From an uncultured Bdellovibrionales bacterium (GTDB lineage Bacteria; Pseudomonadota; Alphaproteobacteria; Micavibrionales; SZUA-601): DNA of 46,725 nucleotides. The notes beneath the pieces are model-generated. The model saw only the letters and a program-made list of their open reading frames with translations, had not been told where the DNA came from and searched no databases. A program made the position numbers and the translations under genes. The stretch is from NCBI GenBank assembly GCA_964496065.1, contig CAZBXD010000009.1:1-46725 (forward strand), given 5' to 3'. Shown here in pieces: positions 17,902 through 27,515 of this stretch. Positions within the stretch are counted from its first letter, which is position 1, and each line of letters begins with the position of its first letter.

Positions 17902-20900
17902 TTATTCTTGATGTTTTTGCCACTGTTTAAGGGCTTTTTTTGTTTCTTCCAATATCGGCTCATAAAGTGGTACAAGAAAATCCATTCGTTCCTTGTTCCT
18001 TTTCATGCCAGCTTTCTCGAGGGCTCCTCCTAGCGCTGCAAGCCGTTCAAGACCAAAATTGGCAGCCATGCCCTTGAGTTCATGACCCCGTTCACTTACA
18101 TCATCATAGTCGGTATATGATGCGGCTTCTTTAAGGGCTTCAAGAATTTCTTGAGCTTTTTTGAACAGGTCAACGAAAAGATCATCAAGCGTTTCTTTGC
18201 CAAGGGATTCCTGCAAGTCTTTGATCATGCTGGTGTTCATTAGGTCAACAGATTTTCCAGCTTCATCGGCCATTTCGTCGAGAGAAGGTCCAGTTTCTTC
18301 TTCTTCTTCAGCAAACTCATTCGCGTAGTCCTCTAAATTGTCTTCTGCAAATTCTTCAATATCCTCTTGGGTAATCTTATCCTCTTCCTCGTCAATTATA
18401 ATATCATCAAGAGTGTCTGTTTTTGCCTTGCCAAGCCCAAGCATAACACTTGCTAGGGCTTTTTTATAAAACGCTTTTCCTTCTTCCTTCAAAGTACTCA
18501 TTTTGTCCTTTAATTCAGTTTTCTTTACTGCTTTTTGTTCATCCGGTTTATTTGTATGGTCTTCTTGTGAAAGCGACTGAGGGGTATCCATCTCTTGTGT
18601 TGGCATTGTTTCTTTTTCGTCTGTTTTACCTTTTCCGATAGATTTCTTAACTTCTGTCATCTTAGTCATTACCGATTCTGCCATTTCTGCCGTTGCGGAG
18701 AGAGGTGTTTGTTTTGTTCCTTTCTTCTCAACGACTGTGGAGGGTTCAACTAGTGGTTTTTTGTCCTCAGGTTTTGAGCTCTCCCCCTTTTCTTCATTAG
18801 ATAATTCATGAGCAGGTGTTTTTATTTGTGATATAGGAGGATTTTCATTTTCTTCAACAATGGGCTTTGTCTCTACCTTAGTGTTTTCAGCAGTCTTGTT
18901 CTCTTCTGGGCTAGCAGAAGACCGGTTTTCTATTTCTGGTTCGAGGTCAGTAATTTTCTGTCGAGGTTCTGGCATCGTAATCGGTTCTTGCATTGCTTTT
19001 TCAACGGCACTACGAATAGCCTCAAGCGATGGTGGTTTACTTAAGAACCCAGTCATCCCTGCGGCACGGCAACGTTTCACATCTTTTTGCAGTGTATTGC
19101 CTGTTACTGCAATGACGGGAAGGTGAGAAATTTTTGAATTCTTGTCAGCGCGAATTTCACGGCATAGATTGGGACCATCCATTTGTGGCATTTGCATGTC
19201 GGCCAGGACAAGATCAAAACTGTCTTTACTCAGAAGCTCAAGCGCTTCAGGGCCAGAACTTGCAGAGGTCACGCTGTGCCCATCTTTCTCCAATAGCCCG
19301 CTCAAAACCTTTAGATTAATCTCATTATCATCGACGCTTAAAATCTTGAGAGGTTGAAGAGTTGAGGGCGTGTCAGATTTTTCCCCTTCACCTCTTTGTG
19401 TGGCCTGTTCGGGATTAGTTACCGTTAAGGGGAGAGTAAACCAAAACGTACTCCCACTGCCTTGTTTACTTTTGACACCAATTTTCCCCCCCATTGCTTC
19501 AACAAGCATTTTACAAATATTAAGACCTAAGCCTGTCCCACCGTAGCGGCGGCTAATTGTTTCATCTGCTTGCTGATATGCGCCAAATAATTTTTCTTGA
19601 GCTGATTCAGAAATTCCAATACCTGTGTCAATTACTGAGAAAAGGAAGGTGTTTAGTTCTTTATCGCTGGTTTCTTTTTCAATTTTGATCGTGACACTTC
19701 CAGATTTTGTAAATTTAATTGCGTTACTTAGAAGGTTAAGAAGAATTTGACGAATACGGTTTGGATCGCCTTGGACGTTTTCTTCAATGTCATTTGCAAT
19801 ATCAATTTTGAGATCAATACCTTGTTCATTTGCACGGCCAGACATCAACATTGTCACAGATTGTACAAGGCGCCGTAATTCAAAATTGACATGTTCTAAC
19901 TCCATATGACCGCTTTCGATTTTTGAAAAATCAAGAATATCATTTAAAAGAGCAAGGAGTGTTTCACCAGAATATTTGATTGTCTCAATATATTCACGCT
20001 GTTGGTTATTAAGGTCACTTTCCAATGTCAGTTGAACCATCCCCATAATACCGGTCATTGGTGTTCTAATTTCATGACTGATCATAGCAAGAAAATCTGA
20101 TTTTGCTTTGTTTGCATGATCAGCTTCGGCCTTAGCAACTTTTAATTCATGAGCGCGAACTGCATCTCTTTGACGCAAATCTTGCAGCATATTTTTTTCA
20201 CTTTCTCGCTTGCGTTGCAGGGCTTGCTTTTCTGTTTCTGTTTCAACCTTGATTGAGTGTAGTTTCGATTCAAAGTCTTGTTTAAGATCAAGATGTTTTT
20301 GATGTGACTGGATTGATTTTAATTTGATGTAAGCTAGCATATAGAGTGTCAGAACAATAATATGGATCAAGAGACTAAATTGCTGTGACATCACCGGCAT
20401 TAAATAACCCACACCTAAGATAGCCCAAGCCAGCGCAAACAGAAGATAACTTTGGTAACGCAGAGCATAAAAAACGGATAAAATGGTAATAAGGGCTGCA
20501 GCATAGCCAGGTAGAAGAAGATAAATTTCAGTGAAAGCTTGGGGTAAGCCGGGAATAAATGCAATGCAAAAACCAGATATCCCTGTAATAATCGCAAGAA
20601 GACTTACAATTAAATCAAGCACTTTTTTGTTATTTTTGAGATCCAAGACACTATGGCCTAGAGCAAGTGTAAGGCTTGCAACAAGCCCATAAGAAATAGT
20701 GATAATAAGATTAATAATATCAACAGATAGATAGGCTGTAAGGCTGCTGAAATGACCTTCTAGAAGAAGAAAGCTTCCGATTGCTGAGGGGGTATAAAAA
20801 GCAAAACTTAAAAGGGCCTTGAGATTTGACATAAAAAAGAGGGTTAGGGCAATACTACTGATTACAATCATTGCAGAGAAAATTAAAGAATAGGCGAGGG

Positions 20901-21543
20901 TGTTTTTTAATTTTTCTTGCTCAAACGCTCTTTCTTGCATGAGGCGAGGCGCTGCAATAAAGGGGGCATTTTCCATGGTTTCAACCATGACAAGGAGGTC
21001 TTTTTTTTGTCCAGGGGCAATGTCGAACTTAAAATGTGATACTCCAAAAAAATTCATCAAAGGGGTGCCATCACCATTTACGTCATAAACTTGCATTTGA
21101 CGGGCCAGTGGGGCTTGTTTTTCAAAAGATGGAGCAAGAGAAAAAACCCAATCAGAGACCTGTGATTGGTTTCTTACAGACAGTTTAAACCAATAGAGGT
21201 TTTTTTCGTGACCAAAATCTAAAGTAGGGGTATAAGGTGCAGTATAATTGCGGTGGCGATTGAAATGAGCCCGTGCTTGATGAAAAGAAATAATATTCGT
21301 TTTATCCTTGAAATAGGGGAGGTTCCTTTGCAAGGAGATCGTGTCATATTCGGGTAGCAATTCTGTCGTATTTTGTGCATGGGCTAAACCAAAGCAGGAT
21401 AGCATTACAAAAATCATTGCCAAGGATAGAGCAATTTTTCTGAGACGGTTTCTATTCTTTTGAGCTAACTGGATCATGCACACACTGCTGAAAAAACAAT
21501 ACAAAAATACTATAACAGGACTCTTAACGTCCCATAAAGACAA
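17902..21543 (-). CDS. Hybrid sensor histidine kinase: signal peptide, 7TMR-DISMED2-like periplasmic domain, 7TM, HisKA, HATPase_c, REC, long disordered linker, HPt
   Basis: NLYWFKLSVRNQS sensor-domain motif followed by about 7 hydrophobic helices. H-box FLAMISHEIRTPM, N-box LLNLLSNAIKFT, and G-boxes DTGIGI and GGTGLGL. REC domain ILSVDDNEINL...LADMQMPQMDG...KP. C-terminal HPt motif GHELKGMAANFG. The likely true start is ATG at 21477 (MIQLAQKNRNRLRK plus an h-region ending AHA-Q). Confidence 0.88.
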   Translation of the reverse strand: MSLWDVKSPVIVFLYCFFSSVCMIQLAQKNRNRLRKIALSLAMIFVMLSCFGLAHAQNTTELLPEYDTISLQRNLPYFKDKTNIISFHQARAHFNRHRNYTAPYTPTLDFGHEKNLYWFKLSVRNQSQVSDWVFSLAPSFEKQAPLARQMQVYDVNGDGTPLMNFFGVSHFKFDIAPGQKKDLLVMVETMENAPFIAAPRLMQERAFEQEKLKNTLAYSLIFSAMIVISSIALTLFFMSNLKALLSFAFYTPSAIGSFLLLEGHFSSLTAYLSVDIINLIITISYGLVASLTLALGHSVLDLKNNKKVLDLIVSLLAIITGISGFCIAFIPGLPQAFTEIYLLLPGYAAALITILSVFYALRYQSYLLFALAWAILGVGYLMPVMSQQFSLLIHIIVLTLYMLAYIKLKSIQSHQKHLDLKQDFESKLHSIKVETETEKQALQRKRESEKNMLQDLRQRDAVRAHELKVAKAEADHANKAKSDFLAMISHEIRTPMTGIMGMVQLTLESDLNNQQREYIETIKYSGETLLALLNDILDFSKIESGHMELEHVNFELRRLVQSVTMLMSGRANEQGIDLKIDIANDIEENVQGDPNRIRQILLNLLSNAIKFTKSGSVTIKIEKETSDKELNTFLFSVIDTGIGISESAQEKLFGAYQQADETISRRYGGTGLGLNICKMLVEAMGGKIGVKSKQGSGSTFWFTLPLTVTNPEQATQRGEGEKSDTPSTLQPLKILSVDDNEINLKVLSGLLEKDGHSVTSASSGPEALELLSKDSFDLVLADMQMPQMDGPNLCREIRADKNSKISHLPVIAVTGNTLQKDVKRCRAAGMTGFLSKPPSLEAIRSAVEKAMQEPITMPEPRQKITDLEPEIENRSSASPEENKTAENTKVETKPIVEENENPPISQIKTPAHELSNEEKGESSKPEDKKPLVEPSTVVEKKGTKQTPLSATAEMAESVMTKMTEVKKSIGKGKTDEKETMPTQEMDTPQSLSQEDHTNKPDEQKAVKKTELKDKMSTLKEEGKAFYKKALASVMLGLGKAKTDTLDDIIIDEEEDKITQEDIEEFAEDNLEDYANEFAEEEEETGPSLDEMADEAGKSVDLMNTSMIKDLQESLGKETLDDLFVDLFKKAQEILEALKEAASYTDYDDVSERGHELKGMAANFGLERLAALGGALEKAGMKRNKERMDFLVPLYEPILEETKKALKQWQKHQE

Positions 21544-21566
21544 AGCACGAAAATAGATATAATGTT

Positions 21567-21779
21567 TTAAACAAAAACAAAATAAAGAATAAGCAGGATA
21601 GCAATTGCTATAATCGTCGTAAACTTGCTATATTTAACGAAGATAGAATACCGTCTTTCAAAACGATTTACTGCTTTTGGGCATGTTTGAGGAGTTTTTT
21701 TATCCATCGTTACTCTCATATTAATATTAAAAACTTGTATTTTGTCATGGTTATGATCAATAATTTGGCGCATATTCAT
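21567..21779 (-). CDS. Hypothetical small protein with a C-terminal TM helix (doubtful)
   Basis: It is an open reading frame only, immediately upstream of the hybrid kinase on the same strand. The C-terminal hydrophobic stretch is TTIIAIAILLILYFVFV. There is no SD or homology evidence. Confidence 0.15.
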   Translation of the reverse strand: MNMRQIIDHNHDKIQVFNINMRVTMDKKTPQTCPKAVNRFERRYSIFVKYSKFTTIIAIAILLILYFVFV

Positions 21780-21832
21780 GAAAGAATGCTTATTACAAGT
21801 AAAAAATGCATAATAATGGAGATAATTGCAAT

Positions 21833-22960
21833 ATGAGAATGGCTATAAATATTCTGAGAAGGCATATTTTTTCTCTCTTGCTTGGTTGTTTTATAGCGGC
21901 GTTGCCGATTACTCTGTCAACAGCATCGCAAGATCGACTTTACGATGTTGATAATCAATTAGTCGATGTCACAGGTGAAAACCCTGTTCTGGCGCGCGAA
22001 AGTGCAATTATACAAGCGCAGCGTCAAGCCTTTGACGTGTTGGCACAAAGGCTACTTCCAGAAGCTGAGTATGCAGCGCTTCCAAATTTCAGCGATGATG
22101 TAGTTGCCAGTTTAGTCAAAGATTTTAGTGTTAAAAATGAACAGATTTCATCAGATCGCTACAAAGCGAATTTTACAGTGCGGTTTGATGGCCCCAGTGT
22201 TGAGAGAATTTTTGGCTTAACGGGAATCCATTATTCTGATACGGAAAAAGGTCCAGTAATTATGTTGCCTTTTTTGCAAATTGGTTCCCGTTTAGTAATA
22301 TGGGAAGAGCCAAATCCATGGCGCGAAGTATGGCAAGAAGCCAATTTGGATGAGGGGCTCGTCCCTATCCGGGTCCCTTTGGGCGATATTGCTGATATGT
22401 CTGATGTGCCAGATGCATCAATATTTTCTGGTCAAGCAGGTAACCTAATCTCTCTCTCTCAGCGTTATGGCGGAGATAGTATCTTTCTAGCAGTTGCTCA
22501 AAGTCGTGGCGCTGCCTTAGAGGCAACGGATGGTTTGTTGGTTACACTCTACGCAACATCAGGCCAGGACATCAAGCGGGTTGATGAGCTAACAGTTCCA
22601 GCTGGAGAAAATGCAAGCTTTTTAAAGGCCATGCAGGATGTTGTAAACTATTTGCGCAATGACTGGAAGCGGCAAACAGTTGCTTTTGACGTTGCGCAGG
22701 CTCAAACTATTAATGTTCAAGCCTCCTTTAATGGCTTAGCAGAGTGGATTGATATTAAACAGAGACTTGAAGGAATAGCTCTTGTTGAGGCAATCAGAAG
22801 TGATAGTATGACCCATAATCAAGCAGAGCTGACAATTGAATATACTGGATCATTGGACGGGCTGCGTGGTGCGTTGGGACAAAGTGATCTTTTTCTGTCG
22901 GAGACGGTGATGGACGGATTTCGGTACGCTTTACGATTAGGGGACTCTCTTTATAATTAA
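21833..22960 (+). CDS. Secreted hypothetical protein, DUF2066-like
   Basis: Signal-peptide-like N-terminus (RRHIFSLLLGCFIAALPITLSTASQ). The position upstream of the AI-2E transporter and hda matches my recollection of the conserved DUF2066-perM-hda neighbourhood. Start placed at ATG 21833, with GGAGA 10 nt upstream. Confidence 0.6.
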   Translation: MRMAINILRRHIFSLLLGCFIAALPITLSTASQDRLYDVDNQLVDVTGENPVLARESAIIQAQRQAFDVLAQRLLPEAEYAALPNFSDDVVASLVKDFSVKNEQISSDRYKANFTVRFDGPSVERIFGLTGIHYSDTEKGPVIMLPFLQIGSRLVIWEEPNPWREVWQEANLDEGLVPIRVPLGDIADMSDVPDASIFSGQAGNLISLSQRYGGDSIFLAVAQSRGAALEATDGLLVTLYATSGQDIKRVDELTVPAGENASFLKAMQDVVNYLRNDWKRQTVAFDVAQAQTINVQASFNGLAEWIDIKQRLEGIALVEAIRSDSMTHNQAELTIEYTGSLDGLRGALGQSDLFLSETVMDGFRYALRLGDSLYN

Positions 22961-22979
22961 GCTTAGGTTGAGATAGAAA

Positions 22980-24059
22980 ATGAAAATATCAAATGTTGCA
23001 TCGTTTTGGGCTCTTGTTACTGTTTTAATTTTCGGGTTTGTTTGGCTTTTAAAAGATATCTTAGCGCCATTTGTTGTGGGGCTTGCAATTGCTTATCTTC
23101 TTAATCCTCTAGTAGAAAAACTGACAGAAAAGCTTGGGGTCCCCCGCTGGTCAATCGTTAGTTTGGTATTGCTGGTCTTTACGATTTTAGTTGTGATTAT
23201 TGGGATGACAATCGCCCCATTTTTAATTGATGAGATAGCAAATTTCTATAAAAATTTACCCTATTACACCAATCGGTTAATTGGTTTTTTTGAGCCAATA
23301 GTTGAGGGGGTTTTGGCGCAAGTTAGTCCTGACGATATCGAAAAGGTCAAGGAGCAAGTTGGCAGTAATGTTGGAACATTTTTCTCTGGAATTGGGGATG
23401 TCGTCAACCAAATTTGGACAAGCGGATTAGCGATTATTGATATTGTCTCCTTTTTAATCATTACGCCCGTGGTTGCGTTTTATATGATGCTGGATTGGCT
23501 TAAAATTCAAAAAATTATCGATGATTTGATTCCCAGACACTACCTTGAAACTATTCGTGGATTATTCATGGAGTTTGATCGGACATTGTCGGGTTTTATT
23601 CGTGGTCAAACGATGGTTTGTTTATTTCTTGGTGTTTTTTATGCAGTTGGTTTAACAGCCGCGGGGCTTAATTTTGGGATTGCGATTGGGTTTATGGCGG
23701 GGATTTTATCCTTTATTCCCTATATTGGGTCGTTCTTTGGTTTGTTGACCAGTGTTGGCGTTGCATTTGTTCAATTTGATGGGCTAACGATGCCGGTCAT
23801 TATTGCGGCAATCTTTTTCATCGGCCAAGCAATTGAGGGAAATATCCTAACGCCAAAATGGGTTGGAAACAAAGTCGGCCTTCATGCTGTATGGGTTATT
23901 TTTGCCTTAATGGCGGGGGGAAGTCTTTTTGGTTTTACCGGGCTTTTATTGGCTGTACCTGTTGCGGCTTTGATTGGTGTAATGGTTCGCTACACGGTTG
24001 ATTGGTATCAACAGAGTGTCTACTATAATTCAGCTACAAAAAAACGTCTTAAAAAGTAA
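22980..24059 (+). CDS. AI-2E family transporter (PerM/YhhT-like permease)
   Basis: 359 aa, about 8 TM, with the characteristic C-terminal GLLLAVPVAA segment of the AI-2E/UPF0118 family. Confidence 0.8.
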   Translation: MKISNVASFWALVTVLIFGFVWLLKDILAPFVVGLAIAYLLNPLVEKLTEKLGVPRWSIVSLVLLVFTILVVIIGMTIAPFLIDEIANFYKNLPYYTNRLIGFFEPIVEGVLAQVSPDDIEKVKEQVGSNVGTFFSGIGDVVNQIWTSGLAIIDIVSFLIITPVVAFYMMLDWLKIQKIIDDLIPRHYLETIRGLFMEFDRTLSGFIRGQTMVCLFLGVFYAVGLTAAGLNFGIAIGFMAGILSFIPYIGSFFGLLTSVGVAFVQFDGLTMPVIIAAIFFIGQAIEGNILTPKWVGNKVGLHAVWVIFALMAGGSLFGFTGLLLAVPVAALIGVMVRYTVDWYQQSVYYNSATKKRLKK

Positions 24060-24757
24060 TGACAGCCAGGCAATCGACCTTTAATTTTGACTTGCCGACC
24101 GCGATGAGTGGTCAGGATTTTATTGTTTCAAGCTCGAACCAAGAAGCGCTGAAGTGGTTGGGCGATGTACATAGCTGGAAATTACCGGCTCTCATTATTT
24201 ATGGCGCACCGTCATCGGGTAAAACGCATTTATGCCAAATTTGGCAAGAAATTTATCACGCCGAAGAATTAATTAAACAAGACTTGAGCGATCAGAAAAC
24301 TATGCTTGATTTATTGAGTCCAAATGGGTTTTACGTCATTGATAATCTCGATGATGTTATTGAAGAGAATAAGAGGCAACAGGAGAACCTTTTTCACCTA
24401 TATAATTACTTGTTCAATAATGGAGGGTGGCTTCTGCTTACTTCTTCTGTGCCACCCAAGGAGTTAAAAATTACACTCCCTGATCTATCATCACGATTAA
24501 GAGGTATTCCTGCAGTAGAGATCAAGGATCCTGATGATCAGGTGTTAAACGCCTTGCTTATAAAGCTTTTTGATGATCGCCAGATCATGATTAAGCCAAG
24601 CGTTATTGCGTATTTAATGACACGGTTGGACCGTTCTTATCAAGCAATACATGATGCTGTGCAGGGGCTTGATCAACGATCGTTACAAGGAAAGCGACCG
24701 ATTACCATTCCGCTTGTTCGAGAATGGTTTGGGGGGAAATATAAAAATATACTTTAA
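24059..24757 (+). CDS. hda: DnaA regulatory inactivator Hda/HdaA-like AAA+ protein
   Basis: Short AAA+ protein of 232 aa with Walker A GAPSSGKTHL and Walker B-like FYVIDNLDD. Its ATG overlaps the stop of the AI-2E gene (TAATG). Confidence 0.8.
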   Translation: MTARQSTFNFDLPTAMSGQDFIVSSSNQEALKWLGDVHSWKLPALIIYGAPSSGKTHLCQIWQEIYHAEELIKQDLSDQKTMLDLLSPNGFYVIDNLDDVIEENKRQQENLFHLYNYLFNNGGWLLLTSSVPPKELKITLPDLSSRLRGIPAVEIKDPDDQVLNALLIKLFDDRQIMIKPSVIAYLMTRLDRSYQAIHDAVQGLDQRSLQGKRPITIPLVREWFGGKYKNIL

Positions 24758-24839
24758 CGGTATCAAAGGGTTGCTATTTAGTCATGAATCCGTTAAAAGA
24801 CGCTAACCTATACAGAATTTAAATATAAAAGGGACAAAA

Positions 24840-25256
24840 ATGGCGCGCGTTACCGTTGAAGATTGCATCGATAAAATTGAAAATCGCTTTGAGCTTGTCA
24901 TGATGGCGGCCCAACGTACTCGGGAAATTGGATCCGGGTCTCTCCTGACTATTGATCGTGATAATGATAAAAATGCAGTTGTTGCTCTGCGTGAGATTGC
25001 AGGTCAAACCCTTCAAATTGAAGAATTAAAAGAAGCACTTATTCGCCGTAATCAGCGTATGATTGCGGTTGAAGATGAGGAAGAGGAAGTTGTTGACCTC
25101 ATGGATGGTGAGGAGGCATGGGCGAATATTGCTCGTGATGCAGCTGATCTTGAAAATGCTCTTGAGGCAGACGGGGTTCATGAAACTGATGCCGAGCAAG
25201 AAGAAATCTTGGCGAGTGAGACACCAGAAGCAGACTCCACAATTATTAATGAATAA
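24840..25256 (+). CDS. rpoZ: DNA-directed RNA polymerase subunit omega
   Basis: MARVTVEDCIDKIENRFELVMMAAQRTREI is the canonical omega N-terminus. It has an acidic C-terminal tail and lies directly upstream of spoT. Confidence 0.95.
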   Translation: MARVTVEDCIDKIENRFELVMMAAQRTREIGSGSLLTIDRDNDKNAVVALREIAGQTLQIEELKEALIRRNQRMIAVEDEEEEVVDLMDGEEAWANIARDAADLENALEADGVHETDAEQEEILASETPEADSTIINE

Positions 25257-25355
25257 GTTATGATTATTGGCTATTCTGCCATAACATAATTTATTTAACC
25301 TTAAATTCGTTTAGCCTTGATTCTGTCATGGCTGAGTCTGTTCTAGTAAACTGGT

Positions 25356-27512
25356 ATGATCCGACAATTTGAACTTGTAGAACAAGTAAAGTCATATGAT
25401 CCTGATACTGATGAGGATCTGTTAAATCGGGCTTATGTCTATGCTATGAAAATGCATGGGTCACAAAAGCGGGTTAGTGGTGATCCTTATTTCTCTCATC
25501 CAATAGAAGTGGCTGGAATTCTTGCTGAAATGCATCTTGATGATGCCTCTATCGCAACGGCACTTTTACATGACACTTTAGAAGATACCGCCGCAACCTA
25601 TGAAGAAATTTGTGACATGTTTGGCGATGAGGTGGCAAAACTGGTTGATGGCGTCACAAAATTGACCCGCATTGAATTGCAATCGGTTGAACATAAACAG
25701 GCGGAGAATTTTCGTAAGCTTGTTCTAGCAATGTCACAAGATATCCGGGTTCTTTTGGTTAAACTGGCAGACCGTCTGCACAATATGCGTACCTTACACT
25801 ATGTCCAAAAGCCTGAAAAACGTCGTCGTATTGCTACAGAAACTCTTGAAATCTATGCTCCACTTGCTGAACGGATCGGGATGCAACGCATCAAAGATGA
25901 GTTACAGGATTTGTCGTTTAAGGAGTTGAATGGGGATGCGCGAGAAAGTATTGAAAATCGGCTATCTTATTTGCGTGAAGATGGTGCAGATCTTGTAGAA
26001 GAGATTATTAAAGAGCTACAAGTGTTATTCAAAGATGGTGGCTTGGACATTGAAATTTCTGGGCGTGAAAAAACCAAATATTCAATTTGGCGTAAGATGC
26101 AGCGTAAAAATGTGGCTTTTGAGCAGCTGTCAGACATTATGGCGTTTCGTGTTCTTGTTAAAGATATTGGGGAATGTTATCACGCTCTTGGGATTATTCA
26201 TAGTCAATATTCAGTTGTGCCTGGGCGCTTTAAAGATTTTATTTCAACGCCAAAACGCAATGGCTATTCATCTCTGCATACCACTGTTATTGGTCCAAAA
26301 AGACAGCGGATTGAAATTCAGATTAAAACCGCTGATATGCATAGCGTTGCTGAGTTTGGTGTGGCGGCGCATTGGGCCTATAAGCAACAATCTGGTGATA
26401 GCAAACAGTATCGCTGGTTGCGTGAACTACTTGATATTCTTGAAAATGCTCAGCGTCCTGATGAGTTTCTTGAACATACCAAGCTTGAGCTCTTTCAAGA
26501 GCAAGTTTTTTGTTTTACCCCAAAAGGTGAGTTGATTGAACTCCCTCGCGGGGCAACACCGGTTGACTTTGCTTATGCGGTGCATTCTGGTGTTGGTGAT
26601 ACCTGTGTTGGCGCCAAAATTAATGGGCGGATTGCTCCCCTAACAACAGAACTTGAAAATGGCGATCAGGTGGAAATTACGACATCAAAAACCCAAACCC
26701 CCTCACCAAGTTGGGAGCGCTTTGTTGTCACAGGTAAGGCGCGTGCGCGCATTCGTAAATTTATCCGTCTACAGCAAAGGGAGGAATATGCAACGCTTGG
26801 TAAAGCAATGTTACAAAAAGTTTTTCGACAAGAAGGGTATGACTTCACCGAAAAAGCTTGCCGTAATGTCTTGACTAATTTTCGTCACGACAATTTAGAC
26901 GATCTCTATGCCACGATTGGCTCTGGTAACCGAACAGCGCGAGAAGTTTTTAATGTGATTTTTCCTGGGCATCGCACTGAGTCAGCAAGTGATAAAAAAG
27001 TGCTTACTGAGGATAATTTAGTTAAGACATCGGTTGATCGCAAAAAAAATAAAGATATGCCAATAGCTATTAAAGGCTTAATTCCTGGGATGGCTCTCCA
27101 TTATGCACGCTGTTGTCACCCGCTTCCTGGGGACCGTATTGTTGGTATTGTAACAACAGGTAAAGGAGTTACGATCCATACAATTGATTGTGAGACGCTC
27201 GAAGGATTTTCAGATCAGCCAGAGCGCTGGCTTGATGTTAGCTGGGAAGGGGGGGCTGGTGAAAATGATATTTTCTCTGGACGTCTTACATTAAATGTAA
27301 CAAATGAAACAGGGAGTTTAGCAACACTCTCTACTGTTATTGGCAAGAATGGTGGCAATATCACGAATATTAAGATTACGGCTCGATCTGTTGATTTTTA
27401 TGATTTATTTATTGATGTTCAGGTCAAAGATGCTAAGCATCTTAATGATATCGTTGCAGCATTACGGGCAACACCAATTATTACGTCAGTAGAGAGAACA
27501 CGTACGGGGTAA
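25356..27512 (+). CDS. spoT: Bifunctional (p)ppGpp synthetase/hydrolase (RelA/SpoT homologue)
   Basis: HD hydrolase motifs (HPIEVA, LLHDTLEDT), synthetase motifs (GREKTKYSIWRKM, DIMAFRV, YSSLHT), and TGS and ACT-like C-terminal regions; 718 aa. Confidence 0.95.
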   Translation: MIRQFELVEQVKSYDPDTDEDLLNRAYVYAMKMHGSQKRVSGDPYFSHPIEVAGILAEMHLDDASIATALLHDTLEDTAATYEEICDMFGDEVAKLVDGVTKLTRIELQSVEHKQAENFRKLVLAMSQDIRVLLVKLADRLHNMRTLHYVQKPEKRRRIATETLEIYAPLAERIGMQRIKDELQDLSFKELNGDARESIENRLSYLREDGADLVEEIIKELQVLFKDGGLDIEISGREKTKYSIWRKMQRKNVAFEQLSDIMAFRVLVKDIGECYHALGIIHSQYSVVPGRFKDFISTPKRNGYSSLHTTVIGPKRQRIEIQIKTADMHSVAEFGVAAHWAYKQQSGDSKQYRWLRELLDILENAQRPDEFLEHTKLELFQEQVFCFTPKGELIELPRGATPVDFAYAVHSGVGDTCVGAKINGRIAPLTTELENGDQVEITTSKTQTPSPSWERFVVTGKARARIRKFIRLQQREEYATLGKAMLQKVFRQEGYDFTEKACRNVLTNFRHDNLDDLYATIGSGNRTAREVFNVIFPGHRTESASDKKVLTEDNLVKTSVDRKKNKDMPIAIKGLIPGMALHYARCCHPLPGDRIVGIVTTGKGVTIHTIDCETLEGFSDQPERWLDVSWEGGAGENDIFSGRLTLNVTNETGSLATLSTVIGKNGGNITNIKITARSVDFYDLFIDVQVKDAKHLNDIVAALRATPIITSVERTRTG

Positions 27513-27515
27513 AAA

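Noticed and set aside
25262-25290. GTTATG-N17-CATAAC inverted repeat between rpoZ and spoT.
   Set aside because: The stem is short (6 bp), the loop is large, and no T-tract follows. It is not convincing as a terminator or operator.
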